DNA of 64,000 nt from Candidatus Krumholzibacteriota bacterium (GTDB lineage: Bacteria > Krumholzibacteriota > Krumholzibacteriia > LZORAL124-64-63), in contig JBDLKA010000001.1 in the NCBI GenBank assembly GCA_039714075.1, positions 121,412 through 185,411 on the forward strand. Reading direction: 5' to 3'. The translations under genes and the position numbers were made by a program. This document shows positions 1 through 9,234 of the stretch, in pieces. Positions within the stretch are counted from its first letter, which is position 1; every line of letters begins with the position of its first letter. Below the pieces are notes generated by a model. That model was not told the DNA's origin and searched no databases. It was given only the letters and a program-made list of their open reading frames with translations.

Positions 1-78
1 GAGAGTGGCGGCCAGGAAAAGGCGAATGGCCTCTTCGTCGTCGATAACCAGGATGAGGGGTTTCATCAGGGTGTTCAT
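1..78 (-). CDS. Response-regulator receiver-domain protein, 5' fragment (runs off the window edge)
   Basis: Minus strand reads (MNTL)MKPLILVIDDEEAIRLFLAATL, a typical receiver N-terminus (ILVIDDE). ATG at 78 or 66. Not in the ORF track. Confidence 0.8.
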   Translation of the reverse strand, partial: MNTLMKPLILVIDDEEAIRLFLAATL

Positions 79-189
79 CAGGGTATGGGATTCCCGGGTT
101 TGTCGTTCCGTGCAGGCAAACTTCCGCCCGGATTATGCATGGGCCAAGGTGCCTAAGCAAGGAGGGAATGGGCCGGCGGGGCATAGACA

Positions 190-213
190 AAGGCCGCTCT
201 ATCGAGCGGCCTT
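190..213 (-). terminator. Hairpin, possible terminator of the sugar transferase gene
   Basis: Inverted repeat AAGGCCGCTC-4nt-GAGCGGCCTT, about 50 nt past the stop at 262. Confidence 0.5.
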
Positions 214-261
214 GATCTATTCCGTTTCAAGCCAGGCGTAACGCAGCAAAAGCCGGAAGGT

Positions 262-1083
262 CTAGCGCGCCCCCTCGCCCTTCAGGACAACCGACACGGT
301 CGAGACCAGAATGCTGCCATCCTGCTTGAAGCCCGCATTCTTGATGTACCGGCGATCCAGTTCCACCTTGCGCCGGACCGATTCGATGGTGTCGTCATAC
401 CCGTTGATCACCTGGGCCAGGCCGGTGATGCCGGGAAGGACCAGCAGGCGGTCGCGGTAGTTGGGGATTTCCTTCTCCAACTGCCGGACAAAAACCATGC
501 GCTCGGGGCGGGGACCGATGATGCTCATCTCCCCGCGCAGGACGTTCAGGAACTGGGGCACTTCGTCAAGGCGGCTGCGGCGCAGGAATTTTCCCACCCG
601 GGTCACCCTCACGTCATTGACCCTCGCCCACTGAGGACCCGAGGATTCGGCGTTGGTGCCCATGGTCCTCAGCTTGATGACCTTGAACGGCCGGCCCGGT
701 TGCAGGACCTTGCGGCGGTCCTTACCGGTGAATCCGTGGCGCTGCCGACGGCGGTTCAGACCGACTCTCTCCTGGGAGTAGAAGGTCGGACCCGGAGAAT
801 CCAGCTTGATGATCAGCATGAGGGCCGGCAGCATCAAACCGAAAATGGCCAGAGCCAACAGGGAAACGACAATGTCGAACAGCCTCTTGACACCCGGATA
901 CAAGGACCCCTGCATGCGCTTGAGGTCTAGCCCCGGGCCGGCAGCGGTTTCAAGTCGTGCGGAAAGAGAATCCAGGGCTTGATCCTGAAGCCCCGCGGCC
1001 TCGAGATGAGGCATCATGGCCGTGGCCGTGGCCCCGCTCCGACCAGCAAGATCGGAATGGGCGGACCTGTTTCGCCGTTTCAT
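262..1083 (-). CDS. Bacterial sugar transferase (polyprenyl-phosphate phosphoglycosyl transferase, small PglC/WbaP C-terminal type)
   Basis: KRLFDI, DSPGP, KLRTM, RLDEVPQFLNVLRGEMSIIGPRPER and PGITGLAQV motifs. Start uncertain; ATG at 1083 has GGAGG upstream. Confidence 0.9.
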   Translation of the reverse strand: MKRRNRSAHSDLAGRSGATATAMMPHLEAAGLQDQALDSLSARLETAAGPGLDLKRMQGSLYPGVKRLFDIVVSLLALAIFGLMLPALMLIIKLDSPGPTFYSQERVGLNRRRQRHGFTGKDRRKVLQPGRPFKVIKLRTMGTNAESSGPQWARVNDVRVTRVGKFLRRSRLDEVPQFLNVLRGEMSIIGPRPERMVFVRQLEKEIPNYRDRLLVLPGITGLAQVINGYDDTIESVRRKVELDRRYIKNAGFKQDGSILVSTVSVVLKGEGAR

Positions 1084-1444
1084 GTCGGCACCCTCCAAGG
1101 TACTACTCTTACGTATAAATTTCTTCTGCATAATCCCCACCAATTCACCCTATGCCATAGCGCTGTCCGAAATACGGTTCTGGTGTCAAGGCTATGTTTA
1201 CAGTTCCCGGATTCCCCCGAACCGGGCACCTCGTTGATAGGATCTTTATTTTACCTGATCATCATCCCGATCGCAACCCAAAAATTGTCATTTGCCCACA
1301 TTTGACGGTCAATTAACAAAGGAAATGATTTTTCCTGGTTGCCAAAATCCCCCCATAGCACCATCCTACGATAATCAGGACCGTGGAAAAAGTGGCCAAA
1401 AATTCAATAATTTTTGACCTTTGAAACTTCAGGGTCGGAGGCCC

Positions 1445-2437
1445 ATGAAACTTCCCCGCCGATTAACTTCCCGCTCATTTGCCGTCATTGGCTTTTCCGT
1501 GGCTCTTTACGCCGCTGTCGCCCTGATTTTCGGCCTTGACGATATCCGCCGGGAACTGGCCGGATTTCCCGGCTGGCAATTGTGGGTTTTGGCGGCCCTC
1601 TCCTTGATAAATTACGCGCTGAGATTCTGGCGCTGGGAAGTCTATTTGCGAGCCCTTGACTCCCGAATCCCCCTGCGGGAGTCCCTTGGTCTCTATTTTG
1701 CCACCTACGTCATGGTGATCACACCCGGAAAGATCGGTGAAATTTTCAAGGCGGGAATTTTGCGGGAGAAGTTCGGGGTTTCCCTTTCCAGGGGATTACC
1801 CGTCGTACTAGCCGAAAGAATCTATGATTTCCTGGCCGTCCTGGTCCTGGCTGCGGTGGGAGTGTTTTTCTGGCCCGGCCCCCTGACCGGACTGACCACC
1901 GGGTTGCTGGCGGCGGCGGCCATCCCCCTGTTCCTGGCCTTGTTCCAGAACCGGAACATCAGGACCAGGCTTTTGGGACGGGCGGCGCGATCGGAAATGT
2001 TGTCCCGTCACCGGGTGGGCCTGGACGAGTCCATGGAATCGCTGAGCAGGCTGCTGGGGATCAAACATTCCCTGTTTTCCCTGACCCTGTCGACCCTGGC
2101 CTGGCTGTGCGAATGTCTGGGCTTGTGGCTCGTATGTCGGGGACTGGATTTTCCGGTGCCCCTGGGCGAGGCCCTCTTCGTCTACGCGGCGGGCACCCTG
2201 GTGGGTTCGCTGTCATTCCTTCCTGGCGGGCTGGGAGGAACCGAGGCCACGATCATCTGGCTGTTGGGCACCCTGTCCATGCCGGGTGCCACGGCCGCGG
2301 CGGTGGCCTTGCTCGTGCGGCTGTTCACGCTATGGCTCGCGGTGATCATCGGTCTGGTATTTTTTATGGCTTTCCGCAGCATACTTTTCAGTGAAGACGA
2401 GGAAATCCCCGAGCCCGGCGATACCCTCCCCAGCTGA
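1445..2437 (+). CDS. Lysylphosphatidylglycerol-synthase TM-region / flippase-like membrane protein (UPF0104)
   Basis: Multi-TM protein with LRFWRW, TPGKIGEIFK, ERIYD, LPGGLGGTE and RLFTLW motifs. Confidence 0.85.
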   Translation: MKLPRRLTSRSFAVIGFSVALYAAVALIFGLDDIRRELAGFPGWQLWVLAALSLINYALRFWRWEVYLRALDSRIPLRESLGLYFATYVMVITPGKIGEIFKAGILREKFGVSLSRGLPVVLAERIYDFLAVLVLAAVGVFFWPGPLTGLTTGLLAAAAIPLFLALFQNRNIRTRLLGRAARSEMLSRHRVGLDESMESLSRLLGIKHSLFSLTLSTLAWLCECLGLWLVCRGLDFPVPLGEALFVYAAGTLVGSLSFLPGGLGGTEATIIWLLGTLSMPGATAAAVALLVRLFTLWLAVIIGLVFFMAFRSILFSEDEEIPEPGDTLPS

Positions 2438-2448
2438 TACCTCGACCT

Positions 2449-3450
2449 TTAATTCCTGTCGTTGACCAGCCGGTCGTACCCGAGAAGGATCGTGATGACT
2501 GCCGCGACCGAGGCCAGGATCCAGGGAACATTGGCCCGGAACCAACCCTGTCTCTGGATAGTGACGTGGAGCGTATCACCGGGATATACCTGGGGATTGC
2601 CCATCGGATTGCCTTCCTTCAGGTACAGATCCAGGTTGATCAGGGTGGAAACGGCCTTGCCGCCGTCTTCATGGACCCAGTAGACCTTTTCCATGTCCGC
2701 CACGTCACTGGGAGCACCGGCCAGCATGATGACGTCCAGCATGGGCATGGGGTCCTCGATGGGGACGATGGTGGACACCCCCACCCCTCCGAACACCTTC
2801 ACGCCTTCGGCCGAGGGTACACCCGAGGTGCCTTCGAGCAGGGCGGGAATGATCAGGGTGTCGCCGTCGCGCAGCTCCATGGCGGGAAATGCGCGGCCCT
2901 CCATCAATCCGGACAGGTCCAGGTTATTGACCTGGGGAATGCCTTCTTCATCCCTGATGACGCGGGCGAGCCGCAGATTGGCTTCCTCGGTCGGGCCGCC
3001 TGCGGAGCGGATGACATCCCACAAAGAAGGTAAATAATCGAATGACTGGGTGCCGGGGCGCGCGACCTGCCCCATGACGTAGATGTTCGTGGCCCCGCCG
3101 CGGCTCACTTCCAGGTGCAGGGTGTCGATGTTGGGATAGAACAAACGCAATTTCTGCTTGATGAACAGCGAAGCTTCCTCGCGGGACATCCCCGCCAACA
3201 GAACGTCACCCACCTGGGGAATATTGGCGTAACCTCCCTGGTCCAGCACCAATTCACTATCCAGATCCGGACGCCCGGGAACCGACAGCTTGACCTTGTC
3301 ACCCACCCGCAAGGAAGTGGAAACATCCCCCTCCTGGCCCAAAACCAACAGGGGATTCAGCACCAGAGTCAGCACTACGACCCAGGCCAGCGGCCGCTTC
3401 CATGACCGGCACGGCGTTACCTCGGCAAACTCAGCGGATCGGTGCTTCAT
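2449..3450 (-). CDS. Polysaccharide export protein (Wza/Poly_export plus SLBB domains)
   Basis: Signal peptide, LRVGDKV...G.ANIPQVGDV..AG, IYVMGQVARPG, two GDTL repeats and a C-terminal hydrophobic helix. Confidence 0.8.
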   Translation of the reverse strand: MKHRSAEFAEVTPCRSWKRPLAWVVVLTLVLNPLLVLGQEGDVSTSLRVGDKVKLSVPGRPDLDSELVLDQGGYANIPQVGDVLLAGMSREEASLFIKQKLRLFYPNIDTLHLEVSRGGATNIYVMGQVARPGTQSFDYLPSLWDVIRSAGGPTEEANLRLARVIRDEEGIPQVNNLDLSGLMEGRAFPAMELRDGDTLIIPALLEGTSGVPSAEGVKVFGGVGVSTIVPIEDPMPMLDVIMLAGAPSDVADMEKVYWVHEDGGKAVSTLINLDLYLKEGNPMGNPQVYPGDTLHVTIQRQGWFRANVPWILASVAAVITILLGYDRLVNDRN

Positions 3451-3465
3451 GCTCTCCTCCGTACT

Positions 3466-4404
3466 TCAGGCAAGGTCCCGATACCACGCCACGGTTTTCC
3501 GCAAACCCTGGTCGATATCAATGTCCCCCACGTAGTCGAGATATTCACGGGCCAGACCGACATCGGCCTGGGAGTGTTTCACGTCGCCGGGCCGTGATTC
3601 ATCATAATGGGGTTCGACGTCGGTGCCAATGAGATCCCGGATCCGGAAACACAGATCCTTCACGGTCAGGCGATCGCCCAGGGCGATGTTGTAGGACCTG
3701 CCGCCGGCTTCGGGCCGCGCGGCGCAGGCGGCCAGATTGGCGTTCACCACATTGGCGATGTAGGTGAAATCCCGGGACTGGAGCCCATCCCCGTGAATGA
3801 CGGGAGGCTGCCCGGCCAGGAAAGCCGTGATGAACTTGGGCACGACCGCGGCGTATTGGCTGTTGGGATCCTGGCGGGGTCCGAAGACGTTGAAATACCT
3901 CAGGCCGATGGTGCTCAGACCGTACAGATTGTTGAAGACCGCGCCGTACAACTCGGACACCCTCTTGTTGACCGCATAGGGCGACATCGGCCGCGGCTGC
4001 ATGCCTTCATGTTTGGGCAGTTCCTCGGTATCGCCGTAGATGGAACTGCTGGCGGCGAAAACCACTCTCCTGACACCCTGCTGGTGGGCGCCCCAGAACA
4101 CCCGCAGGGTGCCGCCGATATTGTGCTCGTCGCTGGTCAGGGGATCCGCCACGCTGCGCGGGACACTGGGCAGGGCGGCCTGGTGAAAGACACAGTCCAC
4201 ACCCTGGCAGCACGCCATGACGGTGTCGATGTCGGTGATGGAACCGACATGGAGCTGAACATCATCGATGATGTCGGCGATGTTTTCCTCACGGCCGGTG
4301 GACATGTTGTCCAGCACGACCACTTCATGCCCCCGGCTGACCAGTTCCCTGCTCAAATGAGACCCGATAAACCCCGCTCCGCCTGTCACCAGGTATTTAC
4401 TCAT
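3466..4404 (-). CDS. NAD-dependent epimerase (UDP-GlcNAc/GlcNAcA 4-epimerase, WbpP-like SDR)
   Basis: TGGAGFIG, HQAALPSVPRS, ASSSIYG, SPYAVNK (YxxxK) and RYFNVFGPRQDP. Confidence 0.9.
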   Translation of the reverse strand: MSKYLVTGGAGFIGSHLSRELVSRGHEVVVLDNMSTGREENIADIIDDVQLHVGSITDIDTVMACCQGVDCVFHQAALPSVPRSVADPLTSDEHNIGGTLRVFWGAHQQGVRRVVFAASSSIYGDTEELPKHEGMQPRPMSPYAVNKRVSELYGAVFNNLYGLSTIGLRYFNVFGPRQDPNSQYAAVVPKFITAFLAGQPPVIHGDGLQSRDFTYIANVVNANLAACAARPEAGGRSYNIALGDRLTVKDLCFRIRDLIGTDVEPHYDESRPGDVKHSQADVGLAREYLDYVGDIDIDQGLRKTVAWYRDLA

Positions 4405-4441
4405 GTCCTGGACATCCCTCCGCTGGTTTTACGAACCCGGC

Positions 4442-5740
4442 CTAAAGCCTGATCAGATCGGCCGACTCATGCCCCTTGAGGGCGTTGCGCGTGTCGATGA
4501 CGACCGGACCGGCATCGATCAGCACGGCGTGGTCCACCGTCGGGTGCGGTGTGACGATGACCACGGCGTCAAAACCGGCAACGGCTTCGGACGACCACTG
4601 CTCCAGTCGTTCCGCTGAAATCTCGGCAGGCACCGACTCCACGTGGGGATCGTACCACGAGGTTTTTCCGCCCAGGTTGGACACCATTTCCATGATGTCC
4701 AGGGCCGGGGATTCGCGCATGTCGTCGATACCCGGCTTGTAGGCCACTCCCACTACCAGGACCCGGCTGCCGTTGACGGATTTGCGCCTGTCGTTCAGGG
4801 CGCGGGTGACCAGCTTCAGGACATGCCTCGGCATGAAGCTGTTCACCTGCCCGGCCAGGTCGATGAACCGGGCTTCCGACCCGGCCTGCTTGGCCTTCCA
4901 GGACAGATAAAACGGATCGATGGGGATGCAGTGGCCGCCCAGACCGGGACCCGGGTAGAACGGCATGAAGCCGAAGGGTTTGGTGGCGGCGCCGTCGATG
5001 ACTTCCCAGACGTCGATGTCCATGGCGTTGCACATCAGGGCGATTTCATTGACCAGTCCGATGTTCACACTGCGGAAGGTGTTCTCCAGCAGCTTGACCG
5101 TTTCGGCGACCCGGACCGACGAAACCGGAACCACGGTCTCCATCACCTGGCCGTAGAGATTGCGGGCCACCTCGGTGCAATTCGGTGTGACGCCCCCCAC
5201 CACCTTGGGAATGTTGATGGTGTGGAAAGTGGGGTTCCCGGGATCGACCCGTTCCGGGGAAAAGGCCAGGAAAAAATCCCGGCCGACTTCGAGGCCGTTT
5301 TCGCTCAGGATGGGCAGGATGACTTCTTCGGTCGTGCCCGGATAGGTCGTGCTTTCGAGGATCACCAGCATCCCGGAGTGCATGCTCTCGGCAATGGACC
5401 CCACGGCCGCCTGGATATAGGAAATGTCCGGATCGCGGGTCTTCCCCAGGGGCGTCGGCACGCAGATGTTGACACTGTCCACTTCAGCCAGCCGGGAAAA
5501 ATCCGTGGTGGCTACCAGGTGACCAGACTCCACGACACCAGCGAGATCCTCGCTGGAGATGTCGATGATGTAGCTGTCGCCTTTGTTCACCGCATTGACC
5601 TTGTTCACGTCCAGGTCGAATCCGATAACCCGGAAGCCCGCTTTGGCGAATGACACCGCCAGCGGCAACCCGACGTAACCCAGGCCCAGGATGCCCAGCC
5701 GGGCCTCCTTGCTCTTCAGTTTGCTGATCAATTGCTGCAT
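4442..5740 (-). CDS. Nucleotide-sugar dehydrogenase (UDP-GlcNAc 6-dehydrogenase, WbpA/WecC family)
   Basis: GLGYVGLP, ICVPTP, ESTTYPGTT, SPERVDPG, GGHCIPIDP and DMRESP motifs. Confidence 0.92.
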   Translation of the reverse strand: MQQLISKLKSKEARLGILGLGYVGLPLAVSFAKAGFRVIGFDLDVNKVNAVNKGDSYIIDISSEDLAGVVESGHLVATTDFSRLAEVDSVNICVPTPLGKTRDPDISYIQAAVGSIAESMHSGMLVILESTTYPGTTEEVILPILSENGLEVGRDFFLAFSPERVDPGNPTFHTINIPKVVGGVTPNCTEVARNLYGQVMETVVPVSSVRVAETVKLLENTFRSVNIGLVNEIALMCNAMDIDVWEVIDGAATKPFGFMPFYPGPGLGGHCIPIDPFYLSWKAKQAGSEARFIDLAGQVNSFMPRHVLKLVTRALNDRRKSVNGSRVLVVGVAYKPGIDDMRESPALDIMEMVSNLGGKTSWYDPHVESVPAEISAERLEQWSSEAVAGFDAVVIVTPHPTVDHAVLIDAGPVVIDTRNALKGHESADLIRL

Positions 5741-5871
5741 GAACATTCCTCGTTTGACATGAATGTAAAAAGCCATCGGGTCCGGACGAATCAGACCCTG
5801 CTTCCCTTATCATCGGCAATCCCGGCTGACGGTTTACCAACTCCTGGAAGTAATCAGGGGCCCGTTCCCGT

Positions 5872-6243
5872 TCACTTGTCCTGGTTCCGGAATTCCGCCT
5901 TCAAACGCTTCATTTCCACCCTGGTTTCCCTGAGATCCACCACTTTGTAATACAAACGGCGGAGAACCGAAAGGACAAAAAGCCCCATCAGGAACAGGGC
6001 TCCACGGCGGTACCAGGGGTTGAGGTCGGCCCCGTGGGTGGAAAACAGGTCGTCGATGGTGCGGGTGAAAACAACCAGCGTCACGGCAAAAGCCACATAA
6101 AGCAGGCAGTGGACCAGGCCGCTGCTGAAGTCCTCGCGGCAGCGGAGGTACTGGCGCAACGGAAAATCCCCGCCGGAGCCGTCCCGGAACCGGGATTCGA
6201 ACAGATCGGACTTTTTACGGGATCTCTTCGAAATCAGCATCAT
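5872..6243 (-). CDS. Hypothetical two-TM membrane protein with C-terminal coiled tail
   Basis: Two hydrophobic segments; co-oriented with neighbours; start uncertain. Confidence 0.55.
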   Translation of the reverse strand: MMLISKRSRKKSDLFESRFRDGSGGDFPLRQYLRCREDFSSGLVHCLLYVAFAVTLVVFTRTIDDLFSTHGADLNPWYRRGALFLMGLFVLSVLRRLYYKVVDLRETRVEMKRLKAEFRNQDK

Positions 6244-6427
6244 CGATATCCTGTTCCGTCAGGTCATTCATGGGACGGCCGGTCGGCGGCGAACTTCCAC
6301 TGTCCCGGACGTCCTGCTTGGGGGACGGTCCCGTGGGGCCGGACCCCACCATCGATTTAATGGAAAGATAGATCCGCCTGACCAGAAGGCCGAATAAAAA
6401 GAGAAGCAGGATTCTGAAAATATTCAT
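6215..6427 (-). CDS. Small hypothetical membrane-anchored protein (acidic C-terminus DIDDADFEEI)
   Basis: N-terminal hydrophobic helix and an acidic C-terminal motif; lies directly after tRNA-Arg. Confidence 0.65.
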   Translation of the reverse strand: MNIFRILLLFLFGLLVRRIYLSIKSMVGSGPTGPSPKQDVRDSGSSPPTGRPMNDLTEQDIDDADFEEIP

Positions 6428-6448
6428 GATTCACACGAAGGAAAGTGG

Positions 6449-6525
6449 TGGTACGCCCGACAGGATTCGAACCTGTGGCCTTCTGCTCCGGAGGCAGACG
6501 CTCTATCCAGCTGAGCTACGGGCGC
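6449..6525 (-). tRNA. tRNA-Arg(CCG)
   Basis: GCGCCCGTAGCTCAGCTGGATAGAGC...anticodon loop CTCCGGA...GGTTCGAATCC...ACCA; cloverleaf with encoded CCA. Confidence 0.97.
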
Positions 6526-6540
6526 ACGTGTGGTGGCGGA

Positions 6541-6569
6541 ATTATGGAACATGAATCCTTTGGCGTCAA
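6541..6569 (-). promoter_or_regulatory. Sigma70-type promoter of tRNA-Arg
   Basis: TTGACG-17nt-CATAAT, 15 nt upstream of the tRNA. Confidence 0.75.
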
Positions 6570-6601
6570 ATTCCATGTGAACACCATCGTCGGGCTTCTG
6601 A

Positions 6602-8320
6602 TCAGCCGTGCCCCAGCAACTGTCGCGCATAGGCAACCTGTTGATCGGGCCCGCCTGCAACCCGGCTTTTGTCGCCACCCAGAAGCCGGGCGATTTCCTC
6701 GACCCGGGCTTCCCCGGGAACAGGGACGACCTGCAGAACAGTTCTCCCGCCGGTTACCGATTTTTCCACCTTGAGGTGATGGTCGCCCCGGGCCGCGACC
6801 GTCGGCAGATGCGTGATACAGACCACCTGGCCTTCAGCAGCCAACCGGCCCAGCAGTTCGGCCACCGGGACGGCGTTGTCCATGCCGAGGCCGGCGTCGA
6901 TCTCGTCGAAAAGCTGCAGGGACTGGCGCGTACTCCCGCGCTGGAGAACGGACAGGCCCAGGAAGATCCGTGATTTTTCGCCCCCGGAGGCAATGCGGCC
7001 CACCTCGCCGAGACTCTCGCCGCGATTGGTCCGGGCCGACAGGCTGATCCGGTCGGCGCCCCGCCTGGTCAGACGGCATGGCTGATCCTCCACCAGCACG
7101 GCGCTTTCCCCGTCAAGATCCGGTTCGATGCCGAATTCCAGTTCGAGTTCGGGCAGGGCCAGCGGCCGGATGGTTTCCACCGCCCGGGCGGCCACCTTCC
7201 CCGCTCCCCTGCGGCGGTTCTCCCGCAAGGCTTCGGCCGCCGCGATCAGTTCGAGCCGGGCCGTGTCCCGCAAGGACGCCAGATGGTCGAGATCCGAGGC
7301 GGCCTCTTCCTGCCGGGAAATCCGTTCTGTCAGGACGCCGTGCAGTTCGATCAGGCCGTCACAGGTCCGGTCGTATTTCCGGCGGAGATCTTCATAAAGG
7401 GATTTGCGGGCTTCCCATTCGTCCAACTGTTCGGGATCGGCGTCGACGCGGTCGAGAAATCTCTCCAGGCCCGAGGCGGCTTCACCGACGGCGGCTTCGG
7501 CGTCCTTGATCAGTTCCATGATGCTTTGCAGCCGCGGGCTGGCGTCGGCCAGCGGCGCCAGGACACTGTCCGCGGAACCGAGCAGTTGCCGCGCGTTGAC
7601 GGGACCTTCGGCCAGACTCTCCCGCGCCTGCCCCGCGGCTTCCAGCAGGGCCCGGGCGTTGCGGCCAACCGCGAGACGCTCGGCCAACAACTCTTCTTCA
7701 TCCGGGTCCAACCCGGCCTCGTCCAGTTCCTGGTGCTGGTAGCGCCACATATCCAGTTGCTGGCGGGCGAATCCCTCTTCCTCGAGACGATGATCGTACC
7801 GGGATTGCAATTCCTGGAAGTTGATCAGGGCGGCGGCCACCCGGTCCCTTTCGGCTTCATTCTCCAGAACCGAATCAAGAAACTCACCGGGAAACATGGG
7901 CTGCGACAGGAGTCGTTGCTGATCCTGGCTTTGAATGGACAGAAGCTCGCCGCCCAACTGTTCCAGCAAAGGGAGCGAGGAAACCAGGCCGTTGATGAGA
8001 ACCCGGCTGCGTCCCTCGCGCTTGAGTTCCCGGCGCAGGACCAGCATTCCGTCGGACCCGAGCCGGATGCCCAATTCAGTCACGAAACGACCGGTTTCAT
8101 CCCGTCCGCTCAAATCGAAGACGCCCTCCACGAAGGCCAGGTCTTCTCCCTCGCGGATCAGACCGCGGTCGGCCTTGCCGCCGCCCAGGAGGGTTAGTGC
8201 GCCGGCGATGAGGGATTTTCCCGCTCCGGTCTCGCCGGTGAGCATCGTCAAACCCGTCTCGAAACCCAGGACCAGATCATCCACCAAGGCCAGGTTGCCG
8301 ACCCTGAGTTCGCGCAGCAT
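6602..8320 (-). CDS. recN: DNA repair protein RecN
   Basis: TGETGAGKS Walker A, coiled coil, IASGGEKSR, FDEIDAG and CITHLP; next to NAD kinase. Confidence 0.95.
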   Translation of the reverse strand: MLRELRVGNLALVDDLVLGFETGLTMLTGETGAGKSLIAGALTLLGGGKADRGLIREGEDLAFVEGVFDLSGRDETGRFVTELGIRLGSDGMLVLRRELKREGRSRVLINGLVSSLPLLEQLGGELLSIQSQDQQRLLSQPMFPGEFLDSVLENEAERDRVAAALINFQELQSRYDHRLEEEGFARQQLDMWRYQHQELDEAGLDPDEEELLAERLAVGRNARALLEAAGQARESLAEGPVNARQLLGSADSVLAPLADASPRLQSIMELIKDAEAAVGEAASGLERFLDRVDADPEQLDEWEARKSLYEDLRRKYDRTCDGLIELHGVLTERISRQEEAASDLDHLASLRDTARLELIAAAEALRENRRRGAGKVAARAVETIRPLALPELELEFGIEPDLDGESAVLVEDQPCRLTRRGADRISLSARTNRGESLGEVGRIASGGEKSRIFLGLSVLQRGSTRQSLQLFDEIDAGLGMDNAVPVAELLGRLAAEGQVVCITHLPTVAARGDHHLKVEKSVTGGRTVLQVVPVPGEARVEEIARLLGGDKSRVAGGPDQQVAYARQLLGHG

Positions 8321-9234
8321 CAGGACTCGCTCCCGCTGCGCCGCCGGGTGCCGCCCCAGTTCAATTTGTGTCGCAGGACACGGTAGAAACTGCTCTGGGG
8401 AAACTTGATCAGGTTGACTTCCCGGTGGGCCTCCCGGAAGGCCAGCCGGTCCCCGTTGGCCAGGACATTGGTCCGCTGCCCGTCCGCTGTCAGGATGGCA
8501 CCTTCACCTGTTTCATGAAGAAGCAGCTCTATCTTCGTACCGCCGGCCACTATAAGAGGGCGCATGCCGAGGCTATGCGGACAGATCGGGGCCACCAGCA
8601 GACAATCGACGGTGGACTGGCAAATGGGCCCGCCGGCGGAAAGGTTGTAGGCGGTGGAGCCGGTCGGTGTGCTGACGATGATGCCGTCGCCGAGAAAACG
8701 GCCCAGCGAGTCGCCATCCATCTGCAGTTCCATGTCCAGGGCCCGGGGCAAGGGCCCCATGTTCACCACCAGATCGTTGAGGGCGCTGGCGGTGGCGATT
8801 TTTTCTTCCTCCCGCCAAACCGAGCAATAGACCCGCGACCGGGTGTCCAGGTGGTATTGACCGGTAAAGACCAGATCCAGGGCTGCGGGGACCTCTTCCA
8901 GGGGAACGTCGGTCAAATAGCCCAGGGAACCGAGGTTGACGCCCAGCAACGGAACACCCGAAAGACCCAGCACGCGGCCGGCCCGCAGCATGGTGCCGTC
9001 TCCCCCCAGGGCAATGACCACATCGACCTTCTCGATCAGTTCCTTATTTGGCAGAACGGGAATAGAGGCCGGGACGCCTCCGGCAAGTTCTTCCGAGGCG
9101 AGCACTTCGACACCCGCGGCGGCACACCGATCGGCAATGGTCCGCACGGCGCGGGGCAAATCGGATTTGCGGGGATTCCCGAACAGGCCGATACGCGTTA
9201 TGGGTGCCATGTTGCTCTTTCCGGAACTGTTCAT
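8320..9234 (-). CDS. nadK: NAD kinase
   Basis: LGGDGTML, GVNLGSLGYL, ALND and DGIIVSTPTGSTAYNLSAGGP. Start at 9234 (ATGA overlap with the dxs stop) or 9210. Confidence 0.95.
   Translation of the reverse strand: MNSSGKSNMAPITRIGLFGNPRKSDLPRAVRTIADRCAAAGVEVLASEELAGGVPASIPVLPNKELIEKVDVVIALGGDGTMLRAGRVLGLSGVPLLGVNLGSLGYLTDVPLEEVPAALDLVFTGQYHLDTRSRVYCSVWREEEKIATASALNDLVVNMGPLPRALDMELQMDGDSLGRFLGDGIIVSTPTGSTAYNLSAGGPICQSTVDCLLVAPICPHSLGMRPLIVAGGTKIELLLHETGEGAILTADGQRTNVLANGDRLAFREAHREVNLIKFPQSSFYRVLRHKLNWGGTRRRSGSES

Noticed and set aside
62..84. Short direct repeat TTCATCAGGGT x2
   Set aside because: Only two copies at a gene start, giving alternative ATGs; probably a small local duplication
115..130. 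Sigma54-like CGGGCGGAAGTTTGCC upstream of the response regulator; possible PEP-CTERM-like PrsR arrangement
   Set aside because: Poor -24 match, no kinase or exosortase visible, and the gene is truncated by the window edge
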